Translations under genes and position numbers: made by a program
Shown: positions 18,840 through 30,160 of the stretch, piece after piece
Layout of the letters: each line of letters begins with the position of its first letter
How positions within the stretch are numbered: position 1 is the first letter of the stretch
Notes under the pieces: model-generated
Told to the model about the DNA's origin: nothing
Database searches by the model: none
What the model saw: only the letters and a program-made list of their open reading frames with translations
NCBI GenBank assembly: GCA_040387665.1
Contig: JAZKDH010000004.1
Coordinates: 1,090-65,089 of the forward strand
DNA length: 64,000 bases
Reading direction: 5' to 3'
Source: Pseudomonadota bacterium
GTDB lineage: Bacteria; Pseudomonadota; Alphaproteobacteria; Sphingomonadales; Sphingomonadaceae

Positions 18840-19958
18840 TTAGCCCCATAGGTCCAACTGGCCATCTGCGGCGGGCGCGCGAAACTTGCCGCAGTCGAGC
18901 GCCATGTCCTCCCGGTTGAGGTCCAGACGGCGGCAGGCCAGCCGGAAGCGCGCGCGGAACAGCTCGGCCCAGGTGCCTTCCGGTTTCATCCGCGAGAAAA
19001 ACGAAGGGTCGTTGTCGCGCCCGTTCCGCACGGACCGGACAATGTGCATGACCTTGTCGGCACGATCCGGATAATGCGCGTCCAGCCATTCGCGGAACAG
19101 CGGTGCCACCTCGTGCGGCAGCCGCAGCAGGATCCAGCTGGCCGACCGCACCCCGCGCGCCGCCGCCTCGGCCAGGATCCGCTCCATGAATTCATCGGTG
19201 ATCGCAGGCACCACGGGCGCGACCGAGACATGTGCCGGAACGCCGGCCGCGACCAGCTTTTCCAGCGCCGCCAGCCGCTTGGCCGGCGCGCTTGCACGAG
19301 GTTCGAGCAGCGCGGACAGTGACGGGTCGAGACTGGTAACCGACACGCTCACCGCCACCAGACGGTCACGCGCGAGATCAGCGAGCAGATCGAGATCGCG
19401 CACCACGCGATCAGACTTGGTGGTAATCGTCACCGGATGGTTCGCCTCGCGGCACACTTCGAGCTGCTGGCGGGTAATGCGGTAGCGGCCTTCGATCGGT
19501 TGGTATGGATCGGTGTTCGTCCCCATCGCAATCGGTGCACATTTGTAGCCCCTCCGACACAGCGTCTCGCGCAGCAGCCGCGCGGCGTCCGGCTTCGCGA
19601 ACAGCTTCGTTTCGAAATCCAGCCCCGGCGAGAGGTCGTGAAACGCATGGGTCGGCCGGGCGAAGCAGTAGATGCAGCCATGCTCGCAGCCGCGATAGGC
19701 GTTGATCGAGCGGTCGAACGGGATGTCGGGCGAGCGGTTGAAGGTGAGGATGGTCTTGGCCCGTTCCTCGGTCACGGTTGTGCGCAGCTTGTCCACAGGC
19801 GTGTCCACATCCTCGTCCACAACCCCGCGCTCGTCGAGCCAGTCTAGATCCACATCGCGCGCAGCGAGGCCGAAGCGCTGCGGGGTGGCCGCCGAGCGGG
19901 CCCCGCGGCCGCGCGGGGCCGGTGGAGCGGGTGAGGGCCGAGGGGTGCGGGTGGACAC
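18840..19958 (-). CDS. radical SAM protein, PA0069/SplB-like family
   Basis: CxxxCxxC cluster motif present as CEHGCIYC, with an Arg/Pro-rich N-terminus. GTG start at 19958. Confidence 0.82.
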   Translation of the reverse strand: MSTRTPRPSPAPPAPRGRGARSAATPQRFGLAARDVDLDWLDERGVVDEDVDTPVDKLRTTVTEERAKTILTFNRSPDIPFDRSINAYRGCEHGCIYCFARPTHAFHDLSPGLDFETKLFAKPDAARLLRETLCRRGYKCAPIAMGTNTDPYQPIEGRYRITRQQLEVCREANHPVTITTKSDRVVRDLDLLADLARDRLVAVSVSVTSLDPSLSALLEPRASAPAKRLAALEKLVAAGVPAHVSVAPVVPAITDEFMERILAEAAARGVRSASWILLRLPHEVAPLFREWLDAHYPDRADKVMHIVRSVRNGRDNDPSFFSRMKPEGTWAELFRARFRLACRRLDLNREDMALDCGKFRAPAADGQLDLWG

Positions 19959-20019
19959 CGCCGCACTAGAACATAACGGGAACCTGGTGGCAACCCGCCT
20001 GTGCTATCAGGCGTTCCGA

Positions 20020-20536
<517 letters not shown>

Positions 20537-20547
<11 letters not shown>

Positions 20548-22303
20548 GCAGCAGCGCCCCGTCGTTGGCCATGCGCACTGCGGTGCTACCCGCAAGGTCG
20601 GGGAAGGTTGGCCACATGGCCTGGGCCAGCGCGATCCGGCTTTCTGATGGACCGCCGGCCTGGCGTTCATACATCCAGTAGTTCTTCAGCACGACGTTCA
20701 CGTAGCCGCGCGTTTCCCAGTAAGGCACCGATTCGATCCACAGCAGCGGATCGCCCTTGTCGCGAATCTCGGTGTTCCAGCGTGACACGGGGGAGAGCCC
20801 GGCGTTGTAGGCCGCGATCACCTTTGGCAGCAGGCCTTGTGTTCCGGGGGTGCCCCGCAGCATCTGCAGGTGGCGCTGACCGAACGCGAGGTTCACTTCG
20901 GGCCGGGTCACGTCGGTCGGCTGTACGCCCAGAGCGGCGGCATGATCGCGCGCCGCCGCCGGCATGATCTGCATCAGCCCCTGCGCCCCGGCGGGGCTGG
21001 TGACGGCAGTGCGGAACACCGATTCCTGCAAGGTATGTGCATAGACCAGCGCCGGATCGACCTTCCACCCGGTAACAGGGGCCCAGCGCGGGGTGGGAAA
21101 GCGTGCGGCCGGCATGGCGCTGCCGCCGCGCGGCGCATTGTAGGCCATCCACAGCTGGGTGGACGGCAGACCAAGGTCACGCGCCAGCCGCGACAGCGGC
21201 TTGTATTGCGCCGGCCCGCCGATGCGGGCCTGATAGCGCAGGACATCGTCGGCCAGCCCGTCCTTGCCAATTTCCGCAAGCTGGACCGCGGCGCGGACCG
21301 TATCGTTGTCGCGCAGCGCCTGCCAGTCCGCCTGCGTGAAATCAGGCGCGGCATGGCTTTCGGGCAGGCGGAGGCCAAGCTGTTCGGCCGCCAGCATGCC
21401 GTAGAACGTCTCGTCTCGCGCGGCGGCCAGCTTCAGCGGAGCAGCGGCCTTTTCGGGTTGCCGGCACCGGACGAGCGCACGGCTTTGCCAATAATAAGCC
21501 GCAGTTCGCAGTTCGATGTTGTCAGTCGCGCCGGCGGCACGCGAGAAGGCATCGGCCGCGCTCTGGCAATCATCGATCCGCCATGCGGCAAGCCCGGCCG
21601 TCCACCAGCCTTCGGCAACCCACGGCCCATATCCCTCGGCAGCGCTCTGCGAGAGCGTATACGCCGAGGCGTCATCGTTTTCGATGTAGAACGACCAAGC
21701 GATCTTGGCACGCCATTCCGCGCGGGCGGCCGGGCTGAGTCCGGCGTCTATGCCGTCAAGCAGCAGCTTGGCTCCGACCGGATCGTCGGTCTTGATGCGT
21801 TCCTGGATCGCGATCGCAACCGGCACGGGCATTGTGCCGTCATTGGTGTCACGCGGGCGCAATCGCCGGGCGCTGGTAGGCAGCGAGACGAGCGGTTGGG
21901 CAATCGGCAGCGGCGGCAGCGTAACCGCGCCGCGTTTCAGCGCGAGCGCTGCGATCTGTTCCGATTCGGGCAGCGCGGAGCCCTGCGCCAGCCACTGGGT
22001 CAGCGCCTCAAGCTCGATCCGCGGGCTCTTGGAATCAAGGTAGTACTCGGCACGCGCCACCTGATGGAGCGGCCCGTCGGGCTTTTGCTGGAACAGGGCC
22101 TGCACCCTCGTCCAGTCTTTCTGGTCAATCGCGGTGAACAGATCGGTGTAATACGTCCGCTCATCGTGGCTGAGCAGCGTCGGCACAGCCGAACGATCCG
22201 CCCGCCCGCGGAAATATTCGACAGCGGCGCTGTTCGCGGCGGCCGGCGCCGGGGCCCAAGCCAGGCCGGCGGCGGCGAGCCCGGTAAGCAGAGAGACTCT
22301 CAT
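20537..22303 (-). CDS. soluble lytic murein transglycosylase (Slt70-like)
   Basis: Signal peptide MRVSLLTGLAAAGLAWAPAPAAA, a superhelical N-domain, and a C-terminal SLT domain (LQESVF, GLMQIMP, AYNAG). A GTG at 22312 is an alternative start. Confidence 0.85.
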
Positions 22304-22325
22304 CCGTGTCACAATGGCAGCGTCA

Positions 22326-23114
22326 TCAAAGTGTGGTTCCCGTCCAGTCCAACCAGCGCTGCCAGAAGGCGGCCTTCGATCTTGGCCGCGTCAGCATTCC
22401 CCTGAGTTCGTGCGCACCTAGCAGAGGGATCGTGCCGCCTTGATGGTTAAGAGACTGCAAAACGGCAGTCTTTTGCGCCAAATCGTGGCCAATCAGCGGC
22501 AGGATGTTCTGACCGAACACTATCAGCCGCTTCGGTGCAACCAGTCCCACGTGGTGGATCAGCACATCGCCGAATCCAGCCGCATGCACCGCAGGCCAAT
22601 CCGGCAGGGGCATATGACGAGGAAGCACTGCGGCCTTGTAAACCTGATCGATGTCGATCCCCATCGCAGCGATCATGGCCTCGAGCAGGCGCCCTTCAGG
22701 CCCGCTCAGCAGTTTTGGCCCCTCCGCCCCGGCATCGTCGCCGGCTTCGGGGTGGGGCACAACGATCATCAGTTCCGGCCCCGCCGCGCCGCACGGTGCT
22801 ACCCGGCGCTGTACCGCACCGTGATCCAGCCCCGGCTCGCTGAGCCACCAGGGCGCAAAATCGGCCAGTGATCGGGGCCACCGGTCTCTTCCGCCCCCGA
22901 TATCCGCCGATTGCGCGATATCCGCCACCTGGCTGCGGCGGGAGGCATCATTCGGGACCGGGCCGGACACGCTTGTAGTTGCAGAAACATCGGGCTCGCG
23001 CGGCAACCACTGAGTTGGCTCGTCCGCAAAGCACAGATCCACGCCGGCATCTCGCCACCAGTCCAGCGCTGCGGCGAACTGTGCGCCAAGTTTGGGTTGC
23101 GTTGCGCCGTCCAT
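22326..23114 (-). CDS. uracil-DNA glycosylase superfamily protein (family 4-like, degenerate motifs)
   Basis: The C-terminal half resembles the UDG fold (ELMIVVPHPEAGD...LLSGPEGRLLEAMI...VFGQ). The canonical active-site motif is not intact. It diverges from ETF-QO. Confidence 0.55.
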   Translation of the reverse strand: MDGATQPKLGAQFAAALDWWRDAGVDLCFADEPTQWLPREPDVSATTSVSGPVPNDASRRSQVADIAQSADIGGGRDRWPRSLADFAPWWLSEPGLDHGAVQRRVAPCGAAGPELMIVVPHPEAGDDAGAEGPKLLSGPEGRLLEAMIAAMGIDIDQVYKAAVLPRHMPLPDWPAVHAAGFGDVLIHHVGLVAPKRLIVFGQNILPLIGHDLAQKTAVLQSLNHQGGTIPLLGAHELRGMLTRPRSKAAFWQRWLDWTGTTL

Positions 23115-23195
23115 CGTGGTGAGGACTTGACCTGTAGCGCTGCAGCAATCAAGGCGCAAAACGGTAAACAGGTTTATAGACAGGACAGGGTTGTC

Positions 23196-24845
23196 ATGGT
23201 CGAACGGGAATCGATGCCCTATGATGTTGTGGTTGTTGGCGGCGGCCCGGCCGGCCTCAGCACGGCGATCCGGCTCAAACAGCTAAATCCCGACATTGCG
23301 GTTTGCGTCCTTGAAAAGGGTTCGGAGATCGGCGCCCACATTCTGTCCGGCGCGACCATCGATCCGAAGGCGCTGGACGAACTGCTGCCCGATTGGCGCG
23401 ACGACGGATGCGCGCTGGGGGAAATCCCGGTGACCGACAACTGGCACTGGCACATGACCAAGCGCGGCAAGGTTTCAATGCCGCACTTCCTGATGCCGCC
23501 ATTCATGTCGAACCACGGGAGCTATACCGGCTCGCTTGGCAACCTGTGCCGGTGGCTGGCGGGCAAGGCAGAGGAACTGGGCGTAGAAATATTCCCCGGC
23601 TTCCCCGCGGCCGAAGTCCTTTACGATGACGATGGCACCGTCATCGGCGTGCAGACCGGCGACATGGGCGTGGACCGCGAAGGCCAGCCCAAGGGCGATT
23701 ACCAGCCCGGCATGAACCTGCTCGCGAAGTACACCGTGTTCTGCGAGGGCGCACGCGGGCACCTGACCAAGCGGCTGAAGGCAAAGTACAATCTGGAAGC
23801 CGATTGCCAGCCGCAGGTTTACGGCCTTGGCATCAAGGAGCTGTGGGACATCGATCCCGACAAGCACGCACCGGGCCGGGTGATTCACACCCAGGGCTGG
23901 CCGCTTTCAGAAAGCGACAGTTGGGGCGGCGGCTTCCTGTACCATCAGGCGAACAATCAGGTCGCGATCGGGTTCGTGACCGCGCTCGATTACAAGAACC
24001 CGTACGTCTACCCGTTCGAGGAATTCCAGCGCTGGAAACAGCATCCGGAAATCCGGGCGATCCTGGAAGGCGGACGCCGCGTGGCATATGGCGCGCGGGT
24101 GATCAATGAAGGCGGCTGGCAATCGGTCCCCAGGCTCGACTTCCCCGGCGGCGTGCTGGCCGGGTGTTCGGCCGGGTTCGTCAACGTGCCGCGGATCAAG
24201 GGGACGCACACCGCCATGAAAAGCGGGATGCTCGCCGCCGAGGCGATCGCTGCCGCCGTTGCGGGCGGGCGCGAGCATGACTCGCTTTCGGAATACGATG
24301 CGGCGGTGCGCGACAGCTGGATCGCCAAGGAACTGAAGCTGGTCCAGAACGCCGAGCCGCTCGTGGCAAAGTTCGGCGGCGAAATCGGCACGATCCTGGC
24401 CGGGGCGGATATGTGGCTGCGCACGCTGTTCGGCTTTGGCGTGGCCAGGCCGATGAAGCATCACACCGATGCTTCGTCCACCATGCGCGCCGACATGTAT
24501 CGGCCGATCGACTACCCCAAGCCCGATGGCGTGATCAGCTTTGACCGGCTGACCAGCGTTGCCTATTCGTTCACCAACCACGAGGAAGAGCAGCCGTGTC
24601 ATTTGCGGCTGACCGATCCGGTGATCCCGACCCGGGTCAACCTGCCGCTCTATGCCGGGCCGGAGACCCGCTATTGTCCGGCCGGCGTGTACGAATATGT
24701 CGATCCGGACGGCGCTGGGCCGCGGCTGCAGATCAACGCGCAGAACTGCGTCCACTGCAAGACTTGCGACATTAAGGATATGACGCAGAACATCGAATGG
24801 GTCGCGCCCGAAGGCGGGGGCGGGCCGAATTACCCAAACATGTGA
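23196..24845 (+). CDS. electron transfer flavoprotein-ubiquinone oxidoreductase
   Basis: ORF trimmed to ATG 23196 (MVERESMPYDVVVVGGGPAGLS...), giving 549 aa. C-terminal 4Fe-4S motif CVHCKTCDIKD is present. Confidence 0.93.
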   Translation: MVERESMPYDVVVVGGGPAGLSTAIRLKQLNPDIAVCVLEKGSEIGAHILSGATIDPKALDELLPDWRDDGCALGEIPVTDNWHWHMTKRGKVSMPHFLMPPFMSNHGSYTGSLGNLCRWLAGKAEELGVEIFPGFPAAEVLYDDDGTVIGVQTGDMGVDREGQPKGDYQPGMNLLAKYTVFCEGARGHLTKRLKAKYNLEADCQPQVYGLGIKELWDIDPDKHAPGRVIHTQGWPLSESDSWGGGFLYHQANNQVAIGFVTALDYKNPYVYPFEEFQRWKQHPEIRAILEGGRRVAYGARVINEGGWQSVPRLDFPGGVLAGCSAGFVNVPRIKGTHTAMKSGMLAAEAIAAAVAGGREHDSLSEYDAAVRDSWIAKELKLVQNAEPLVAKFGGEIGTILAGADMWLRTLFGFGVARPMKHHTDASSTMRADMYRPIDYPKPDGVISFDRLTSVAYSFTNHEEEQPCHLRLTDPVIPTRVNLPLYAGPETRYCPAGVYEYVDPDGAGPRLQINAQNCVHCKTCDIKDMTQNIEWVAPEGGGGPNYPNM

Positions 24846-24917
24846 CGCTCAAGGCCGCGTGGCGATTGCACGCGCCGGGGCTTGCCTCGGCGCGCTGCAG
24901 CTTTCAGATGAAGGCCC

Positions 24918-25730
24918 ATGAGTCTCCATGAAATCGCCTATGCGAAGCTAAACCTTGCGCTGCACGTCCGCGCGCGGCGGGAGGACGGGTATCATCAGCT
25001 GGAAACAGTGTTCGCGTTCGTCGATCGTGGCGACGTGCTCTCCGCGCGCGAAACGCAGCGCGACGAACTGCATACCGTGGGCGATTTTGCCGGGCTGATC
25101 GCCGATCCGTTCGACAACATGGTCGCCAAGGCGCTGCGCGCGTTGCCGCGTGCTGATGGACTGGCGATCACGCTGGAAAAGAACCTGCCGGTCGCGGCCG
25201 GGCTGGGCGGTGGCTCGGCCGACGCGGGCGCGGTGTTCCGGCTGATAGAGCGCACCCATGGCTGGCCCGATGACTGGCATGCCCGCGCGGCGAAGCTTGG
25301 GGCCGACGTGCCGGCCTGCGTCGTCAGCCAAACCTGCATTGGCCGGGGTACGGGCACCGAGTTGCAGCCGATCGCAAGCGATATCGCCGGCGCGCCGGTC
25401 CTGCTGGTCAACCCGCGGGTGGCAGTACCGACCGGAGCCGTGTTCGAGCGCTGGGACTGCGTTGATCGCGGGGCGCTGCCGGTTGGATCGGTCCGGGAAA
25501 TCGCGCTCGGTGGGCGCAACGATCTGGAAAAGCCCGCAATTGCGCTGTGTCCGGCAATTGCGGACGTGCTTGCGTGCCTGCGCGGCACGTCTGCCTGGCT
25601 GGTGCGCATGTCCGGATCGGGCGCGACCTGCTTTGCGCTCTATGACGATGCGGCCGCGCGCGATGCCGCGCAGGCGGCGGTGCAGGCGGCGCAGTCCGGC
25701 TGGTGGACGCTGGCAGGTTCGCTGCGATGA
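24918..25730 (+). CDS. ispE: 4-diphosphocytidyl-2-C-methyl-D-erythritol kinase
   Basis: N-terminus AYAKLNLALHV and GHMP kinase motif PVAAGLGGGSADAGA. Confidence 0.9.
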   Translation: MSLHEIAYAKLNLALHVRARREDGYHQLETVFAFVDRGDVLSARETQRDELHTVGDFAGLIADPFDNMVAKALRALPRADGLAITLEKNLPVAAGLGGGSADAGAVFRLIERTHGWPDDWHARAAKLGADVPACVVSQTCIGRGTGTELQPIASDIAGAPVLLVNPRVAVPTGAVFERWDCVDRGALPVGSVREIALGGRNDLEKPAIALCPAIADVLACLRGTSAWLVRMSGSGATCFALYDDAAARDAAQAAVQAAQSGWWTLAGSLR

Positions 25731-26458
25731 GCGAGGATATCTGCCGGGTGCTCGGCACGCCGCGGTTCGGCGGGGTGCTGGTGGTGTCCGACCATGCCTC
25801 GAACCGGGTGCCTGACGGTATCGATCTGGGCATCGCCCCGGCGCTGCTGGAGGAGCACGTCGCGGTCGACCTCGGCGTGGCGCAACTGGGTGCGCTGCTC
25901 TCCGAACGACCGGGATCCTCGGCATTGCAATGCAATTTCAGCCGCTTGGTCTGCGACGTGAACCGCGACGAGCACGCGCCGGGCGCGATTCCGGTGGCGA
26001 GCGACGGGCATGTCATCCCGGGCAACGCGTTGGATCATGAGGCGCATCTGGAGCGGATTGCGCGGTTTCATGTGCCGTATCATGCGGCGCTGGCCGAGTT
26101 GCTGGACCGCGTGCCGCCCGCGCTTATCGTTTCGCTTCATAGCTTTACGCCGCGCCTTTCCAGCCATCCGGAGGAGGTGCGGCCGTGGCAGGTGGGGGTG
26201 CTGTACAACGCCGACGACCGGGCGGCGCGGCTGGCGATTCCATTGCTGGAAGCGGAAGGGCTGGTGGTCGGCGATCAGCAGCCGTATTCCGGCAAGCTGT
26301 TGAATTACACGATGAATCGCCATGCCGAGGCGGATGGACGGCCATACCTGGGAATTGAAATCCGCCAGGACGAGCTGGCCGACGCGGACGGCCAGGCGCG
26401 CTGGGCGGGCCTGCTGCAACGGATTTGCAACCGCGTTGCAACGGCGCTGGGCGGTTGA
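25727..26458 (+). CDS. N-formylglutamate amidohydrolase family protein
   Basis: ORF trimmed to ATG 25727, overlapping the ispE stop (ATGA). Motifs [14 protein letters not shown] and LHSFTP are present. Confidence 0.8.
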   Translation: MSEDICRVLGTPRFGGVLVVSDHASNRVPDGIDLGIAPALLEEHVAVDLGVAQLGALLSERPGSSALQCNFSRLVCDVNRDEHAPGAIPVASDGHVIPGNALDHEAHLERIARFHVPYHAALAELLDRVPPALIVSLHSFTPRLSSHPEEVRPWQVGVLYNADDRAARLAIPLLEAEGLVVGDQQPYSGKLLNYTMNRHAEADGRPYLGIEIRQDELADADGQARWAGLLQRICNRVATALGG

Positions 26459-26549
26459 ACCGCCCGCGCGGCATTTTTCCCCTTCGACTGCCTGCTGCGC
26501 TGGAGTAGGGGATTACTATATAACGAGACTATTCCCCGGAGTGCCGATC

Positions 26550-28406
26550 ATGCCCGCCTATCGTTCCAGAACCTCTACCCACGGCCGCAACATGGCCGGC
26601 GCACGCGGTCTGTGGCGCGCGACCGGCATGAAGGACAGCGACTTCGGCAAGCCGATCATCGCGGTGGTCAACAGCTTCACCCAGTTCGTGCCGGGCCATG
26701 TCCACCTGAAAGACCTGGGCCAGATGGTCGCGCGCGAGATCGAGGCGGCCGGCGGCGTGGCCAAGGAGTTCAACACCATCGCGGTCGATGACGGGATCGC
26801 CATGGGACACGACGGCATGCTTTATAGCCTGCCGAGCCGCGACCTGATCGCCGACAGCGTAGAATACATGGTCAACGCGCACTGCGCCGATGCGATGGTC
26901 TGTATTTCCAACTGCGACAAGATCACGCCGGGCATGCTGAACGCGGCGCTGCGGATCAACATTCCGGTGGTGTTTGTATCCGGCGGGCCGATGGAGGCGG
27001 GCAAGGTCGTGCTGCGGGGGAAGGAAGTCGCACTGGACCTCGTCGATGCGATGGTCGCTGCGGCTGACGAGAAATACACCGACGAGGAAGTCGCCACCAT
27101 CGAGCGTTCGGCCTGCCCGACGTGCGGATCGTGCAGCGGCATGTTCACCGCCAATTCGATGAACTGCCTGACCGAGGCCTTGGGTCTGTCGCTGCCGGGC
27201 AATGGCTCCACGCTGGCCACTCATGCCGACCGCCAGCGCCTGTTCCTGGAGGCCGGGCGGACCGTGGTGGACTTGTGCAAGCGCTATTACGAGCAGGACG
27301 ACGAGAGCGTGCTGCCGCGCTCCATCGCCAGCTTCAATGCGTTCGAGAATGCGGTCACGCTTGATATCGCGATGGGTGGATCGACCAACACCGTGCTGCA
27401 CCTGCTGGCCGCCGCGCATGAGGCCGAGGTCAATTTCACCATGGCCGATATCGACCGCCTGTCGCGCCGGGTGCCGTGCCTGTCCAAGGTGGCGCCCGCG
27501 AAGGCCGACGTTCACATGGAGGACGTGCACCGCGCCGGGGGCATCTTTGCCATCCTTGGCGAGCTTGATCGCGCCGGGCTGCTACACACCGATCTGCCCA
27601 CGGTCCACAGCCGGACGATGGGCGATGCGCTGAACCAGTGGGACATCTCCCGGACCAATTCGCCTTCGGTCCGCGAATTCTACAAGGCCGCGCCCGGGGG
27701 GGTTCCGACGCAAGTGGCGTTCAGCCAGAACCGGCGTTGGGCGGAGCTTGACCTCGACCGCGAGAACGGGGTCATCCGCTCTGCCGCGCACGCCTTCAGC
27801 AAGGACGGCGGGCTGGCGGTACTGTTCGGCAATATCGCAGTCGACGGCTGCATCGTGAAGACCGCCGGCGTGGACGAATCGATCCTGAAGTTCGCCGGCC
27901 CGGCTGTGGTCTTCGAAAGCCAGGAGGGGGCCGTTGCCGGCATCCTGACCGGCCAGGTCACGGCCGGCGACGTGGTGGTGATCCGCTATGAAGGGCCGCG
28001 CGGCGGGCCGGGCATGCAGGAGATGCTTTATCCAACCAGCTATCTCAAATCCAAAGGGCTGGGGGCGGCCTGCGCGTTGATCACCGACGGCCGGTTTTCG
28101 GGCGGCACGTCGGGCCTGTCGATCGGCCATGCCTCGCCCGAGGCAGCCGAGGGCGGAGCGATTGCCCTGGTCGAGAACGGCGACCGGATCGAGATCGACA
28201 TTCCCATGCGCACGATCAACGTGATGGTGCCCGACGCCGAGCTGGCGGCGCGGCGCGCGGAGATGGAAACGCGCGGGGACAAGGCGTGGATGCCGGTGAA
28301 GGAACGCCCGCGCCGGGTTTCACCCGCGTTGCAGGCCTATGCGGCGATGACCACCAGCGCCGCACGCGGCGCGGTGCGCGACGTGTCGCAGCTCAAGCGC
28401 GGCTGA
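26550..28406 (+). CDS. ilvD: dihydroxy-acid dehydratase
   Basis: ORF trimmed to ATG 26550 ([22 protein letters not shown]...), giving 618 aa. Motifs CDKITPGM and [11 protein letters not shown]-like ([12 protein letters not shown]) are present. Confidence 0.95.
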   Translation: MPAYRSRTSTHGRNMAGARGLWRATGMKDSDFGKPIIAVVNSFTQFVPGHVHLKDLGQMVAREIEAAGGVAKEFNTIAVDDGIAMGHDGMLYSLPSRDLIADSVEYMVNAHCADAMVCISNCDKITPGMLNAALRINIPVVFVSGGPMEAGKVVLRGKEVALDLVDAMVAAADEKYTDEEVATIERSACPTCGSCSGMFTANSMNCLTEALGLSLPGNGSTLATHADRQRLFLEAGRTVVDLCKRYYEQDDESVLPRSIASFNAFENAVTLDIAMGGSTNTVLHLLAAAHEAEVNFTMADIDRLSRRVPCLSKVAPAKADVHMEDVHRAGGIFAILGELDRAGLLHTDLPTVHSRTMGDALNQWDISRTNSPSVREFYKAAPGGVPTQVAFSQNRRWAELDLDRENGVIRSAAHAFSKDGGLAVLFGNIAVDGCIVKTAGVDESILKFAGPAVVFESQEGAVAGILTGQVTAGDVVVIRYEGPRGGPGMQEMLYPTSYLKSKGLGAACALITDGRFSGGTSGLSIGHASPEAAEGGAIALVENGDRIEIDIPMRTINVMVPDAELAARRAEMETRGDKAWMPVKERPRRVSPALQAYAAMTTSAARGAVRDVSQLKRG

Positions 28407-28407
28407 C

Positions 28408-28776
28408 GTGCAGCGCCTGGCGGCCGGGCTGGCGGGATTGGCACCGTTGCCGGTGCTGGCCGCATGCTCGCCTGGCGGGGCCCCGACGGCAGAGGCGGGG
28501 CACGCGCGCGCGGCCTGTGCGCTGGGCCTAGGCGCGCCGTTTGCCGATGTATGCGCGATCGAGCGGGTGTTGGAGCGCGGCGCCCGCGTGCTGGTGGTCG
28601 AACATCCCGACGGCGGATTCCGCCTGTTCGCGATTCGTGACGACGGAAGGGCACTGACCACCGCAGACGGCGCTGAGGCGGTGCAGGTGGCGCGCGCCGG
28701 CGGCATGATCGAGGTGCGCGTGAACGATGATCGCTATCGGCTTGCACTGACAGGGCTGCGCGATGCCGGCAGTTGA
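28408..28776 (+). CDS. hypothetical lipoprotein
   Basis: GTG start 2 nt after the ilvD stop. Signal peptide with lipobox LAAC (MQRLAAGLAGLAPLPVLAAC). Its 3' end overlaps the nnr start by 14 nt. No family recognised. Confidence 0.5.
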   Translation: MQRLAAGLAGLAPLPVLAACSPGGAPTAEAGHARAACALGLGAPFADVCAIERVLERGARVLVVEHPDGGFRLFAIRDDGRALTTADGAEAVQVARAGGMIEVRVNDDRYRLALTGLRDAGS

Positions 28777-30160
28777 CCAGGTCCTGACGGTCGCGGCGAT
28801 GCGCGCGGCCGAGGCGGCGCTGATGGAGACCGGCACCGGCGTGGATGCGCTGATGCAGATCGCCGGGCGCGGGGCAGCGGACTGGGTGTGGCGCGTCGGC
28901 GGGCGCCACCTGGTCACGGTGCTGTGCGGACCCGGCAATAACGGCGGCGATGGATACGTGATTGCCGAAGCCATGCGTGCGCGCGGCGGAAACGTGAAGG
29001 TTGTTGCCGTGGCCGAACCGCGGACGGATGCCGCCCGCAACGCCCGCGCGCTGTACCGGGGTGCGGCGGTGGGCGCGGATGAGCCGGTGCGCGGCGACGT
29101 GCTGGTCGATTGCCTGTACGGCAGCGGGCTGGTCCGTCCGCTGGACGATGCCGACCTGGCCTTGCTGACCCGGCTTGCAGCCAGCCATCCGCGCCGGATC
29201 GCGGTCGACCTGCCCAGCGGCGTGGATAGCGATAGCGGCGCGGCGTTTAACCCCGGCTTGCCCGATTACCAGCTTACCATTGCACTGGGCGCATGGAAGC
29301 ATGCGCATTTCCTGATGCCCGCCTGCGCCGCGATGGGCGAGCTGCGGCTGGTGGGCATCGGCTGCGGCGCAGTTGCCGGTGCTGCTGGTGTGGTCGCCCG
29401 GCCGAAGCTGGCCGCCCCGGCCGCCGATGCGCACAAGTACCGGCGCGGATTGCTGGCCGTGGTCGGGGGCGAGTTGCGGGGGGCGGCGCAGCTGGCCGCC
29501 GTATCGGCCCAAGGCGCGGGGGCCGGCTATGTGCGGCTGCTGGCCGACCGGTCCGGTCCCTTCCGCGCAGATCTTGTGACCGACACGCGGCAGTTGACCG
29601 AGGCGCTGGCTGACGCGCGGCTGTCGGCAGTGCTCGCGGGGCCGGGGCTGGGCCGCGGCGCGGCCGCGCGCGCTGCGCTGGAGGCAGCGATCAGGGCCGG
29701 GCGCCGGCTGGTGCTGGACGCCGACGCACTGTTCCTGCTACGGCCGGACGATATCGCGGGCCGGCGGATCGACGGCGTCGCCACGCCGCATGAGGGCGAA
29801 CTGGCGGTGCTGGAGCGCAGCTTTGGTCTGGACGGCGCCGGGACCAAGCTTGACCGTGCCCGCGCGCTGGCCGCAGCGACCGGGCTGGTGGTGGTGGCCA
29901 AGGGTCCGGACAACGTGATCGCCGCGCCCGATGGACGGGCGGCGTTCGCCCGGCGTGCGCCAAGCTGGCTGTCGACAGCCGGAACGGGCGACGTGCTGGC
30001 CGGGATCGTCGCCAGCCGCCTGGCCTGCGGCGCCGACCCTTTTGCCGCCGCAGCAGAGGGCGTCTGGCTCCAAGGCGAGGCGGCGCGGCTGGCCGGCACC
30101 GCTTTTGCCGCGTCGGAGCTTGCTGCGGCGGTGCGCAGCGCCTACGCGGCGTGCCTGTGA
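28763..30160 (+). CDS. nnr: bifunctional NAD(P)H-hydrate repair enzyme (epimerase/dehydratase)
   Basis: YjeF_N motif CGPGNNGGDG and YjeF_C kinase-fold motif GTGDVLAG. Confidence 0.87.
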   Translation: MPAVDQVLTVAAMRAAEAALMETGTGVDALMQIAGRGAADWVWRVGGRHLVTVLCGPGNNGGDGYVIAEAMRARGGNVKVVAVAEPRTDAARNARALYRGAAVGADEPVRGDVLVDCLYGSGLVRPLDDADLALLTRLAASHPRRIAVDLPSGVDSDSGAAFNPGLPDYQLTIALGAWKHAHFLMPACAAMGELRLVGIGCGAVAGAAGVVARPKLAAPAADAHKYRRGLLAVVGGELRGAAQLAAVSAQGAGAGYVRLLADRSGPFRADLVTDTRQLTEALADARLSAVLAGPGLGRGAAARAALEAAIRAGRRLVLDADALFLLRPDDIAGRRIDGVATPHEGELAVLERSFGLDGAGTKLDRARALAAATGLVVVAKGPDNVIAAPDGRAAFARRAPSWLSTAGTGDVLAGIVASRLACGADPFAAAAEGVWLQGEAARLAGTAFAASELAAAVRSAYAACL

